A DNA stretch of 64,000 nt from Nitrososphaeria archaeon. Lineage in GTDB: Archaea > Thermoproteota > Nitrososphaeria > Nitrososphaerales > JAAOZN01. The notes under the pieces are model-generated. The model was given only the letters and a program-made list of their open reading frames with translations. It was not told the origin of the DNA and ran no database searches. Where the stretch lies: positions 32,001-96,000 of the forward strand of contig JARVJZ010000005.1 in NCBI GenBank assembly GCA_029775855.1, given 5' to 3'. This document shows positions 9,824-19,231 of the stretch, one piece after another (position 1 is the first letter of the stretch; each line of letters opens with the position of its first letter). Both the position numbers and the translations under genes were made by a program.

Positions 9824-10756
9824 TCAAGGTTTGAGCAACTTCATTATCCTCCTCTCCATCCTTTTCAATAAGAGCAACATAGTGGCAGTTGAAAATCCTT
9901 GAAGACCAATAACTAAAAGAACTAAACCGAGCCATGCTAAGCCCAAAGACCAATATTTATCTCCAAAGATGTATCTAATGTAAAGTTGCCACAAGATGAT
10001 TACTAAACCTGGAATAGCTAAAACTGATGAGAAAGAGGATAGAAGAAATATGGGATTATATAACCACACCATTTTGAATATAGTTATCAAGATGCGAAAA
10101 CCGCTCTTTAAGCTAATCTTCTTCTTCCCAATTCTTCTCCTGTAAGTTATAGGAACTTCGGTTATTTTACCTAGGGAAATTAACTGAGCCACAATCTCAG
10201 CTTCGATATCAAAACTACTTGATGTTAACTCTAAAGTCTTAGCAGTTTCTACTTTAAGTAGATACATCCCACTACATGGGTCTCCAATCCTTTGGCCCAT
10301 AAGCAAGCTAAGAACTGTGCTGATTATGCGGTTCCCAATTCTGTGAAGAGCCGGAATGTTAGCCCTATTTTTCCTAAATCCTATCACTTCGTCATAATGT
10401 GGTATACGCTCTAACAATAAGGCTATGTCCTTTGGATCATATGTGTAGTCTGCATCCATAACTAACACATAAGGTGTTTTAACTAATTCTATAGCCATTC
10501 TTACCGCACTAGCTTTTCCAACACTGTTCTGTATAATCACGTTCACACCTTTTGATTTGGCAATTTCAACAGTCTTATCTGACGAGTGACCATCGATTAC
10601 TAGGATGTTGTTATAACCTTCGCCCTTAATTTCATCTATAACCTTACCTATTGCTTCTTCCTCGTTCAAAGTAGGTAAAACAATAGTAACAAAGTTCTTA
10701 AGCTCAGAACCTTTGGAGGAATCAAGGGCTGAATTATTCACAGATATACCGCTCAT
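9824..10756 (-). CDS. GT2 polyprenol/dolichol-phosphate glycosyltransferase (DPM1/ArnC/GtrB-like) with two C-terminal TM helices
   Basis: PTLNEE, IDGHSSD, MDADYTYDP, DPCSG, FDIEAE, EVPITYRRRIG; two hydrophobic C-terminal segments. Confidence 0.9.
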   Translation of the reverse strand: MSGISVNNSALDSSKGSELKNFVTIVLPTLNEEEAIGKVIDEIKGEGYNNILVIDGHSSDKTVEIAKSKGVNVIIQNSVGKASAVRMAIELVKTPYVLVMDADYTYDPKDIALLLERIPHYDEVIGFRKNRANIPALHRIGNRIISTVLSLLMGQRIGDPCSGMYLLKVETAKTLELTSSSFDIEAEIVAQLISLGKITEVPITYRRRIGKKKISLKSGFRILITIFKMVWLYNPIFLLSSFSSVLAIPGLVIILWQLYIRYIFGDKYWSLGLAWLGLVLLVIGLQGFSTATMLLLLKRMERRIMKLLKP

Positions 10757-10850
10757 GTACTAAAGTTCTATTTAGAGGTTCTTTTTTATTTGAACATTAA
10801 TCTCAGATAATAGGTAAGGTGTGAAAGGTTAGTTTGAAGATATTTACATA

Positions 10851-11510
10851 CTATCGTTTGTATTTGCTAACATAAAGAAGGAATCTTTCAGAAAGAAGAC
10901 GGAATCTGGCGCCATTGTAGATCTTGAAAGAAAGGTCAACAAAAGGTCGGAAGATTTGCTTCGGAGTGCGATAATATAGTGGATAAGTCGATTTACCTAA
11001 AACCGCAAATATCAAATATTTCAGAAAATGAAGTATCCAAAGTATAAGATTCTTAGGGTTAATGAGATTAATATGCTCTAATATTAGTATACCTCTAGAA
11101 ACTCTTATCATTTCAGAACAAACCCTAGTATAGTTAGGCACATACCAAAGGTTTCCTACATTTAAAACAGCATCAAATTGTCTCTCTTTAAACGGAAGAT
11201 ACTGCATATCAGCTAAAACGATTTGAATTTTTTCGATTAAATTATATAGTTTAACCCTTTCTTTTATCTTTTCCACCATTCTTTTATTCATATCTAAGGA
11301 AATAACCCTCACATTTTGGATATTTTTAGCTAATTGTAGTGAAAAGCGACCATTTCCTGCACCACAATCCAGAACAAAAGTTGGAGTGACTTGCGCTAAT
11401 AACTTGAAAGCTAAGCTCTCAAGAGGTGCAGATGGAGGCGGGTATCTAATCCACTTATCGATTTCCCTATCCAAGCTTGACAACTTATAAGACATAGACT
11501 TAATAATCAT
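10851..11510 (-). CDS. Class I SAM-dependent methyltransferase
   Basis: VLDCGAGNG motif I, ADMQYLPF..FDAV. Confidence 0.85.
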   Translation of the reverse strand: MIIKSMSYKLSSLDREIDKWIRYPPPSAPLESLAFKLLAQVTPTFVLDCGAGNGRFSLQLAKNIQNVRVISLDMNKRMVEKIKERVKLYNLIEKIQIVLADMQYLPFKERQFDAVLNVGNLWYVPNYTRVCSEMIRVSRGILILEHINLINPKNLILWILHFLKYLIFAVLGKSTYPLYYRTPKQIFRPFVDLSFKIYNGARFRLLSERFLLYVSKYKR

Positions 11511-11517
11511 CTTTTTT

Positions 11518-14500
11518 CTAATACTTTGATTTCCTATAAAAAGAGACTATAATAAAAATAAGTCCCACCACAGTTATGTAGTTAAGAAGAACAAATTCTC
11601 TACTATCTAATATAGATCTTGGTATCCACCATTCATTCCAACTACTCTTAGCCAAAGAAATTGCTTTATATTCTCCTTTAATCAATAGCTCAGAAAGAAC
11701 AACCATAGAGTCGTCTGCTCCATCAATTATAAAATTCACGGGACCGTCTATGTAGAAAGGAGTATCTACAGCATTAATGCCCAAAGTCCAGTCTACCTGA
11801 ACTCTTTCAAATTCAGAATGAGTAGTACTAGAAACATTCACACGCGTGGCAATTATTCTAAGGTCCTGCGAAGGCAAAAATTCAATTTTGATATCTCCTC
11901 TGCTAATGTTAAAATTCATAGTTTTTTCATCGTGTAATATGGTAAGTCTCGCATACCCTTTGTCAAATATTCGGATTACGAGTGTAAATCCTTCAGGAAA
12001 GGTGATCGTGGAATATCTTCCTGTGTTTTCCGAAACAATGTTTATTCTAGAAGAAGTAATGATAGGCGTTGCGTTTTCACTTAATTCAAGACTTAGTAAC
12101 TTAATGTTTCTGAGGATATCCTCAGACTGGTTATTCTCACTTAGTGGGAGTTCTAAGTTAACGGCAAACTTGCTCATTGAAGGAATAAAGAAAGACTTCG
12201 GCATTAGCGTAGCGTTTGTAATTGAATTTAACCCAAATAACAACACCCTATCTGTTCCTCGAAGTTCATCTCTATATGGTAATATGACCTCTGTCGGAAT
12301 AGCTGGTGATATTAATTCATAATATGTGTTTGAACTTCGCGTCTGAAGTAGGTAATTAAGATACGGATAAAGCTCAACAAAATAAATAGTTCCGTTATAA
12401 AATTTTCCAGCAAATATATGGGAAGAAACTGCATTCCCATCATTAGAATAATAACTTATCGTATTAGATCTATTATTTAGCGACAAGAATATCGGAAGTT
12501 TAAGAGTATGTAGTGGTATAATCTTACCGTTAACAATAATGCCGTTAGCTGTTGTAGTCTGGTTGATATGAATAGCAAGTTCTTTGGCGAAAAATTTATG
12601 ACCTGATGCACCTTCTCCGTTTAAAATAATTAATTTCCCACCTTCTTTAATCCATTCTAGGATATTATCCTGTATGTAAGGTGGCGGATAAGCTTCTGAA
12701 AAGTCGTAGGGGGTAAGTAGTACCTTAACTTTATTTGTCTTCAATTTACTTAGAAACTCAAAATCTTCAGAATAATATGTTGTATAATTTAGATTTTTGA
12801 GTGAAAGTGCTTTAATAATAAAGCTATATGTTCTCTCTCGCGCTATTAATGGTTCACTAGTTCTGCCAATTACTCTTCCGTTGATTATTTTGCCGTTATT
12901 ATTGTAGCCGCTCATGTCTAAGGCGTCTCCAGAGTTAAAGTTGATATCCAAAATTAAGTCGCTTCTGTCAACTTCATAACCAAGCGCTCTACTTTTAATC
13001 TCTTCTAATGATAAACTCCTCTTATAAATCCTTACATCATCAACTTGGCCATAGAATGGATAATTGTTTTTTCCGCGCATGCCAATTTGTAGACTACCTT
13101 CGCAAACTACTTTTCCTTTAAAAAAGGATTTAGCCACTTCTTGACCATTCACATAAAGTTTGCCAACTGTACCATTATAAGTCAGCGCTATATGAAGCCA
13201 TTCATATAGGGGAACCGGCGTTGTAGACCATAAAACATGCTCAACCCTGTCTTCTGTAATTAGATTAAAATATAATCGTCCGTCATTTTTTATGTAGAAA
13301 TGTGAACTTATAAGTGGGAAATTACCAAATTCAAGAATACATCTCCAATCATCTTCGTTTCCTTCTATCTTTATCCAAACTTCCCAAGTCATACTTGTTT
13401 TTGCTTCGTTCAAGATTTCAGAAGGTGGAATGGCTATGTAGCTATCTCTGCCATTGAGTGAGACCGCAAAATCTTCTGTTTCTAGTGTAGTGGAGTGTTG
13501 TGGCTTTAAAACCGCTAATATCGAATTCGCAGTAGGCGGAGAGCTTTGAGGTATCTCAAGCAGAATAATGCGTTTATTTTCTATTTTGATAGGTAGAATA
13601 TTCATAAGTTCTGATAGTAATCCAACATTGGCTGGTAACCCACCGTTTATTTGGTTCTTATCAAGTAACAAATATTTTACTTCTTTACCTAGACTTGAGT
13701 ATATATTACGTCTGATTGTATCGAAGAATAATTCAGGATTTATTGTCATAAAGGGTCTAGCTAAAGTAGGGAGATCAAAGCCCACAGACTCATGCTCTGC
13801 GAACTGATATATGAATGAGTTCCAAGGCCATGGGGCTAAGATAACTTCGGTATGTTTTGTAAGATTTCTTATCTGATCTATAATTTCCATGTCATTTCCA
13901 GAAAGTACTTGACCAAGTCTTACATCAGATCCGTACCTAACCGAATAATATTCAAAGTATGCGCGTGCAAAAAGTAAGGTTGAAGAGATGCCGCTAATAA
14001 ACATCATAATTATAAAGAGAAAAGCAATTACCCCATGCCTCATTGATTTGTTTTGCTTTAAAGCAAGTGTTCTAATCAATTTTAGCGGCAAGATAGGTGA
14101 TAATATTGCCAAACCAATATTAACATGCATAGTAATACGAGCATCAGGAATAGGGCTTTCCCAGATTGAGTATATAAAAAGAAGGTCGGAGACCACTGCT
14201 ATAATAATCGGAGAAATCGCTAAGATAACACCGATAATTAACGCATTATAAGATATAAATTTTCTCATAAATAAAACAGTAATTAAAGCAAGCAAGAATA
14301 TTGTCCCAAATCTGAGGGGATAAATATACCAGGGGGTCATATATGAGGCTGCGCTCAATGTAAATTTGTCAGCGACGTTATTCCAAACAATAAATGAAAG
14401 CATATACAGATAAATCGTTAGAACCGTAAGAGATAGACGTAGCACATTAGACCTAGAAAGAGAAGTAAAAGTTTTTAAATATTTACTAAAATTAAATTTA

Positions 14501-16020
14501 GTTCTGATAAATAATAATATACTGCAAAATCCTACTACAGCAGCTATCCCTATTAACATATGGAAGAACTTACCACCCGCATATATTTCAAAAAACAGCT
14601 TCGGAGATGGTAAAGTCGAATAGGACATAAGGAAGAAGACTAACACTAATAGTATAGCGACAACAAACGAAATAAGGATGTCCCACGGCTTAGATAAATA
14701 TTTATTATAGAAAATGTACACAAAGAGAACTATGACAAATAAAAGAACAATCTCACTAAAATGTATGTAGATGCCAAGAGTAACAAACGCTGCGATCATT
14801 AAGATTCTAAGCAATCTTGATTGAAAATCTCGAAGCACTAAATAAAATGTCAAAAGTAGAATAAAAAGACCGAACTGTTGCGGATGAAGCCAAAAAGACA
14901 ATCCATGTACACCAGTAAAAACATCACCTAAAGATTGTGTCTGGTAAGTTGCTTCGTAGATGGGTATTCCACGTGTGAGATTTAGATAAATTGCATATAA
15001 TCCTCCAAAACCTGAAAATAGAGAGAAAACTATAGTCGCAACTATAGACTCTTCATTCTTAAGTAATAGTTTACTTACTAGGTAAAAAGACAAGATCGGA
15101 AGAACTAGAAGAGGATATAAAGCCATATATGAATTAAGAGAAGGAAGTCCAGACGAAAACAAAAATAGACCTGTAAACATGTATAATGCAATATAATTCC
15201 ATACACGGGGGATTAAAATATGTGCATTAATAGTTCTTAGAGTTTCTCCATAATGCCGCCAATGGTCATATCCAGCAACGAACCTATCAGGAAAGTGCAT
15301 TAGGAAAAACACCACAATATAGAATAAAACCAACGCACACATTATAACTAATGTGATTAGATCAGTTAATCTGAAGTTAGAATGACTTAAGGTTTCACGT
15401 CTATGATTCTTTATAAATCGGCAAAATACAGCCACAAACAGAGATAAATTTAAAATCAAAAGGTAGTAATAACTGTTTGTAAAATTACCTTGCATTAGTC
15501 CGATAAATCCTAGAAGTGTAGCCAGAAAGAGACTTAAACCAACAGATAGAATACCTTTCTCAAGGCGCGATAACTTATCATTCCTAGATACAAGAGTTAA
15601 TATGCCATAACCCGGATAAACGAAAACTACAAGAAAAGCTCCACACGCTTTAACCCAATTAAGTATCGGTATATCAGCCCAATTAATGAATGACTGTGTA
15701 GATATCGATGGTACTATTAACAAGACAACCATAAATATTGGCCATGTTAGTAACGAGACGTAATATATTCTACTGGAAATTCTCAATTCTGTAGAATTTT
15801 CAAACATGACTAGATAAAATAGAAAGTAAACAATGATAAATATCAAAAAGAAAGTAAGGATAAAAGGCATACTAAAAATATAGTATGTAGGCAATCCTGT
15901 AGTAAGTAACCAAAATGACACAAAACTAACTATAACAGAAGCTAAGCTAACCAAGAAAATGTTGAATAGTTTCTTAAAATTAGATATTTCGTTGTCTTTG
16001 GTCATTTCTACCAAGAGCAA
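11518..16020 (-). CDS. 1500-aa membrane protein: polytopic GT-C-like N-terminal half + LamG/concanavalin-like domain + C-terminal TM anchor
   Basis: ~680 aa of TM segments with GYDHWRHYG loop; LamG signature (TWEVWIK..WLHIALTYNG..LYVNG..FYGQVDDVRIY) at ~12870-13470; terminal TM followed by basic tail. Confidence 0.75.
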   Translation of the reverse strand: MLLVEMTKDNEISNFKKLFNIFLVSLASVIVSFVSFWLLTTGLPTYYIFSMPFILTFFLIFIIVYFLFYLVMFENSTELRISSRIYYVSLLTWPIFMVVLLIVPSISTQSFINWADIPILNWVKACGAFLVVFVYPGYGILTLVSRNDKLSRLEKGILSVGLSLFLATLLGFIGLMQGNFTNSYYYLLILNLSLFVAVFCRFIKNHRRETLSHSNFRLTDLITLVIMCALVLFYIVVFFLMHFPDRFVAGYDHWRHYGETLRTINAHILIPRVWNYIALYMFTGLFLFSSGLPSLNSYMALYPLLVLPILSFYLVSKLLLKNEESIVATIVFSLFSGFGGLYAIYLNLTRGIPIYEATYQTQSLGDVFTGVHGLSFWLHPQQFGLFILLLTFYLVLRDFQSRLLRILMIAAFVTLGIYIHFSEIVLLFVIVLFVYIFYNKYLSKPWDILISFVVAILLVLVFFLMSYSTLPSPKLFFEIYAGGKFFHMLIGIAAVVGFCSILLFIRTKFNFSKYLKTFTSLSRSNVLRLSLTVLTIYLYMLSFIVWNNVADKFTLSAASYMTPWYIYPLRFGTIFLLALITVLFMRKFISYNALIIGVILAISPIIIAVVSDLLFIYSIWESPIPDARITMHVNIGLAILSPILPLKLIRTLALKQNKSMRHGVIAFLFIIMMFISGISSTLLFARAYFEYYSVRYGSDVRLGQVLSGNDMEIIDQIRNLTKHTEVILAPWPWNSFIYQFAEHESVGFDLPTLARPFMTINPELFFDTIRRNIYSSLGKEVKYLLLDKNQINGGLPANVGLLSELMNILPIKIENKRIILLEIPQSSPPTANSILAVLKPQHSTTLETEDFAVSLNGRDSYIAIPPSEILNEAKTSMTWEVWIKIEGNEDDWRCILEFGNFPLISSHFYIKNDGRLYFNLITEDRVEHVLWSTTPVPLYEWLHIALTYNGTVGKLYVNGQEVAKSFFKGKVVCEGSLQIGMRGKNNYPFYGQVDDVRIYKRSLSLEEIKSRALGYEVDRSDLILDINFNSGDALDMSGYNNNGKIINGRVIGRTSEPLIARERTYSFIIKALSLKNLNYTTYYSEDFEFLSKLKTNKVKVLLTPYDFSEAYPPPYIQDNILEWIKEGGKLIILNGEGASGHKFFAKELAIHINQTTTANGIIVNGKIIPLHTLKLPIFLSLNNRSNTISYYSNDGNAVSSHIFAGKFYNGTIYFVELYPYLNYLLQTRSSNTYYELISPAIPTEVILPYRDELRGTDRVLLFGLNSITNATLMPKSFFIPSMSKFAVNLELPLSENNQSEDILRNIKLLSLELSENATPIITSSRINIVSENTGRYSTITFPEGFTLVIRIFDKGYARLTILHDEKTMNFNISRGDIKIEFLPSQDLRIIATRVNVSSTTHSEFERVQVDWTLGINAVDTPFYIDGPVNFIIDGADDSMVVLSELLIKGEYKAISLAKSSWNEWWIPRSILDSREFVLLNYITVVGLIFIIVSFYRKSKY

Positions 16021-16048
16021 GATGGCCTAATTAGTAATCATTTAATTT

Positions 16049-16684
16049 CTATGAGATAGTTGCTTTCAATAATGTGACGTATCCAAAAAATGGTATGTGC
16101 AAAAGGTTTAGAGATTTGCTGGTAATATAGGTGGCAACATAAACATTTTTAAAATATTTTCTGAAAATACTATACCATTTGATAGGGCTGAATACGGATT
16201 GATGTGTAGGATCGCGGTCCCTTAAATTCAATGGACTCCAAGGGTTGTTTGTAGCAACGAGAACAACACCACACCTCTTCAAAGATTTTTTTACATTATT
16301 AATAACGGATTCCGGGTCTTTAAAGTGTTCAATTGTATTAATGAGGGTTACTAAATCGAAGAAATGCAGGGGGAGTGTTTCTTTCTCGACATTTAATACG
16401 AAACAACGAGACCAGTTATGAAGGGTATTAGCTGTCCTAACCGCGTATTCTGAGACATCGCAACCATAAGCATCATATCCTTGTTCCGCTAATATTTCAA
16501 CTCCATATCCGTATGCGCATCCAACATCAAGTGCCTTCTTATTCTTTCCGCCTTTTAATCTAAATTTTCTTAGAACACCTCTGTAGAAATGTCGAACTAT
16601 ATTGGCTCTAGTATAGTATCCTCCTTCATATACACCTAACTTTCCTTCAAAGTAACTCTGATCGAAAGACCCTCTTCCAGACAT
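16049..16684 (-). CDS. Class I SAM-dependent methyltransferase
   Basis: ALDVGCAYG, GCDVSEYA, IEHFKDP, DPTH. Confidence 0.9.
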   Translation of the reverse strand: MSGRGSFDQSYFEGKLGVYEGGYYTRANIVRHFYRGVLRKFRLKGGKNKKALDVGCAYGYGVEILAEQGYDAYGCDVSEYAVRTANTLHNWSRCFVLNVEKETLPLHFFDLVTLINTIEHFKDPESVINNVKKSLKRCGVVLVATNNPWSPLNLRDRDPTHQSVFSPIKWYSIFRKYFKNVYVATYITSKSLNLLHIPFFGYVTLLKATIS

Positions 16685-16696
16685 TATATCAAGTCC

Positions 16697-17383
16697 CTAC
16701 TTCTTTATAGAAAGAACACAGTAGCCAGTCGTGTAGTCCCTCTTAACGTCTAGTAAGTCGAAAAATCGAAAGAGTTTTGTGATTAAGATAAGGAGCACGT
16801 ATAAGATGAAAAGCAATGAATATTTGATCCAACGATTTCCTCTACCCCGTACTATGTAGTAAGGAGCATGCCTCATGGTTTCTCCTATCACACAGAAGAT
16901 TCCACCATTTTTCTCAAGTTCAAGTATTTCAAAACAATATTTCTCAAGATACAATCTTAAGCCTCTCTCAGTCCACCTATAGTAGTCGGCTTGAGCATGA
17001 ACACCAAACAAAAAAGGAACAGTCAAAATAAAGTAGCCTCCACCTCGTAAAACATGCCTAATTTCTGTCAGCGCTTTGCTTGTATCTGGTACGTGCTCTA
17101 ATGTTTCAATACATAAAACTGCGTCTGTGCTCTCACAGCGTATGGGTAAGTTGCATATATCCCCTATCAAGTCTGGCTTGCGCCGTTTATCAATATCAAT
17201 ACGTACAAAAGAGTTACATTGGAAAAGACTTCTATAAGGAGACTCCCCACTTCCAACATCTAATATCACCTTTCTAAAACCAATTACAGAACTAAAGTGT
17301 CTCAAGTGTTTCAACAAGTGTACATAATGTAAGCTTGATGCATTCATTACTTTTCTAAAAACTCCTTCTAACTTTGCATACAT
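16697..17383 (-). CDS. Class I SAM-dependent methyltransferase (polysaccharide-locus type)
   Basis: ILDVGSGESPY, LEHVPD, TVPF..H..DYYRWT. Confidence 0.9.
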   Translation of the reverse strand: MYAKLEGVFRKVMNASSLHYVHLLKHLRHFSSVIGFRKVILDVGSGESPYRSLFQCNSFVRIDIDKRRKPDLIGDICNLPIRCESTDAVLCIETLEHVPDTSKALTEIRHVLRGGGYFILTVPFLFGVHAQADYYRWTERGLRLYLEKYCFEILELEKNGGIFCVIGETMRHAPYYIVRGRGNRWIKYSLLFILYVLLILITKLFRFFDLLDVKRDYTTGYCVLSIKK

Positions 17384-18591
17384 TAACTCTTACATCTCCG
17401 TAGATCGTTAAACTTCATCTGTTGTTGCAGCATCTCACAATAAACACTTAATATTTTCTCCCCTAAGCTTTCAAAATCTAACTTTAACTCTTTTATTAGC
17501 TTTACGCACTCCTCTCTAACTACTTCTGCATTTACATTTAGCATATCTATAATAGCTTCAGCGAATTTTTTTTCGTCTTCTTCGACGATCCTCCCAACAT
17601 ACTTATTCCTAATTATCATTTTAACGTCGCCGACATCCGTGGAGACAACAGGAACCCCACACGCTAACGCTTCTCTTACTACTGTAGGTGAACCCTCGGT
17701 TAAAGAGCAAAGCGCCATAACATCAGCACAGTTAAGTATTTCGGGAATTTCGTCATATCTTCTTTCGCCAAGAAATATTATTTCTTCTCCTATGTTAAGA
17801 TTCTTTGCAAGCTTCTGCAAATGTTTAATGTAAGAAGGTGATCCTCTTCCCACAATTACCAACTTTGCATTTGGAAGTTTGCCCTTTACCAAAGCAAAAG
17901 ACCTTATCAAAAACTCCAAGTTTTTTATCTTCTCAACTCTGCCTACAAAGATTACCAATTTACTTTCCTGATTTATTCTATATTTTCTACGCAAGAGCAC
18001 TTTGTTCATAGGTTTAAACAATTCTGTGGGAACAGCTGATGTTGGCATAACTTCTGTCTTATACTTTATTTGAGGGTAAATAGCAGCATAATAATCTACA
18101 GTGCTCTTAGCTGCTAAAAACTTATTAATATGCCGAAGAACGAACTTCATGAACTCAACCAAAAATGGTCGTGCTACTCTAAATAACAAAGGGTGTTTTG
18201 TTTGAAAAGTTTTGAGCTGCGCGTCTAACGTCACTACCTTAAGGTTTCTTGGATAGTAGATAATAAACGGAATCAAGTATTCAAGACGGCAAGTGTGTAT
18301 TATAGTACTCTTAGGCAGCTTAAGAAAAGGTGCTCTCAGAAGTAGCCCCATAAAGTATACTTGCCAGGAACATGAACTAGCAAAACCATCAATCGGGACA
18401 AAAGTAAAAACGTACGGCTTCTTATGTTTACCGTAAGATGCGCCCACTAATGTTGTAGTGTAACCATGCTTCACCAAATAATTGAGTAAGTTCAAGGTAT
18501 ATCTTACTGCCCCACCTTGCACAGAAAAAGATGGATCGATAGGGTGTGCTAAACACACACTTATAGAAGCCGAAACTATTTCTTTAATCAA
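17383..18591 (-). CDS. Glycosyltransferase family 4 (GT-B)
   Basis: FVGRVEKIKN, EGSPTVVREALACGVPVVSTDVG. Confidence 0.92.
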   Translation of the reverse strand: MIKEIVSASISVCLAHPIDPSFSVQGGAVRYTLNLLNYLVKHGYTTTLVGASYGKHKKPYVFTFVPIDGFASSCSWQVYFMGLLLRAPFLKLPKSTIIHTCRLEYLIPFIIYYPRNLKVVTLDAQLKTFQTKHPLLFRVARPFLVEFMKFVLRHINKFLAAKSTVDYYAAIYPQIKYKTEVMPTSAVPTELFKPMNKVLLRRKYRINQESKLVIFVGRVEKIKNLEFLIRSFALVKGKLPNAKLVIVGRGSPSYIKHLQKLAKNLNIGEEIIFLGERRYDEIPEILNCADVMALCSLTEGSPTVVREALACGVPVVSTDVGDVKMIIRNKYVGRIVEEDEKKFAEAIIDMLNVNAEVVREECVKLIKELKLDFESLGEKILSVYCEMLQQQMKFNDLRRCKS

Positions 18592-18592
18592 A

Positions 18593-19231
18593 TCAAGAAT
18601 TGTTAAGCTTAAGCGCTCTTCGATAAATGATTATGGGGCGCTCATCTAACTTTTCTATACATTGAAAATCATCACAAGTATAAATATCGAGAGGAATTCT
18701 CCTTAGTAGGGCTCTAACTCTCTCAAGGAAGGCAAAAGTACACGCTCTAACACCGTTAACAAAACCTTTAAGCCTAATTATTCGAATATCAAGATCCGAC
18801 CGTTCTGTCAATACGCCACGTGACAAGCTGCCCAAAACTAAAATGGCATCTATACTATTCTCGTTTTTAGCTCTTCTACTAAGGTCTTCTAAATACTCTA
18901 CAAAACAACTTAAACTAGTCCTAGAGAAACCCAAGTTCTTTAGTAATACATACAGGTGTCCATTAAAGAGCCAGTGTAAAGTATGCGATATTGCTAATGT
19001 ACAAAAGACAGCCGAAACTGGATTCATTAAGAGCGATAGCAGAAAGAAAAAGGGCAAAAAGAAAATAAGGTCCAGAAACAAAAAAATTATTTTCTCACTT
19101 CTTTCCATGTATAAAAAACCGTGAAAACACCAATTAGTAAAGATTATTATAGTAAATTTCACTAAACGGGGCAACTTCTTACTGTAGAGTATCTTTCTGT
19201 GGAAACTATTTGGTTTCATTAAACATTGCAC
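18593..19231 (-). CDS. Membrane-anchored Pol-beta-type nucleotidyltransferase-domain protein
   Basis: N-terminal hydrophobic helices then GSLSRG...SDLDIR (GS-x10-DxD) and a third Asp in PLDIY. Confidence 0.8.
   Translation of the reverse strand: MQCLMKPNSFHRKILYSKKLPRLVKFTIIIFTNWCFHGFLYMERSEKIIFLFLDLIFFLPFFFLLSLLMNPVSAVFCTLAISHTLHWLFNGHLYVLLKNLGFSRTSLSCFVEYLEDLSRRAKNENSIDAILVLGSLSRGVLTERSDLDIRIIRLKGFVNGVRACTFAFLERVRALLRRIPLDIYTCDDFQCIEKLDERPIIIYRRALKLNNS

Noticed and set aside
11518-16020. Oligosaccharyltransferase AglB
   Set aside because: No WWDxG motif seen
18593-19231. MNT-HEPN toxin-antitoxin or CBASS cyclase
   Set aside because: No HEPN or effector neighbour, N-terminal TM helices, too short for a CD-NTase
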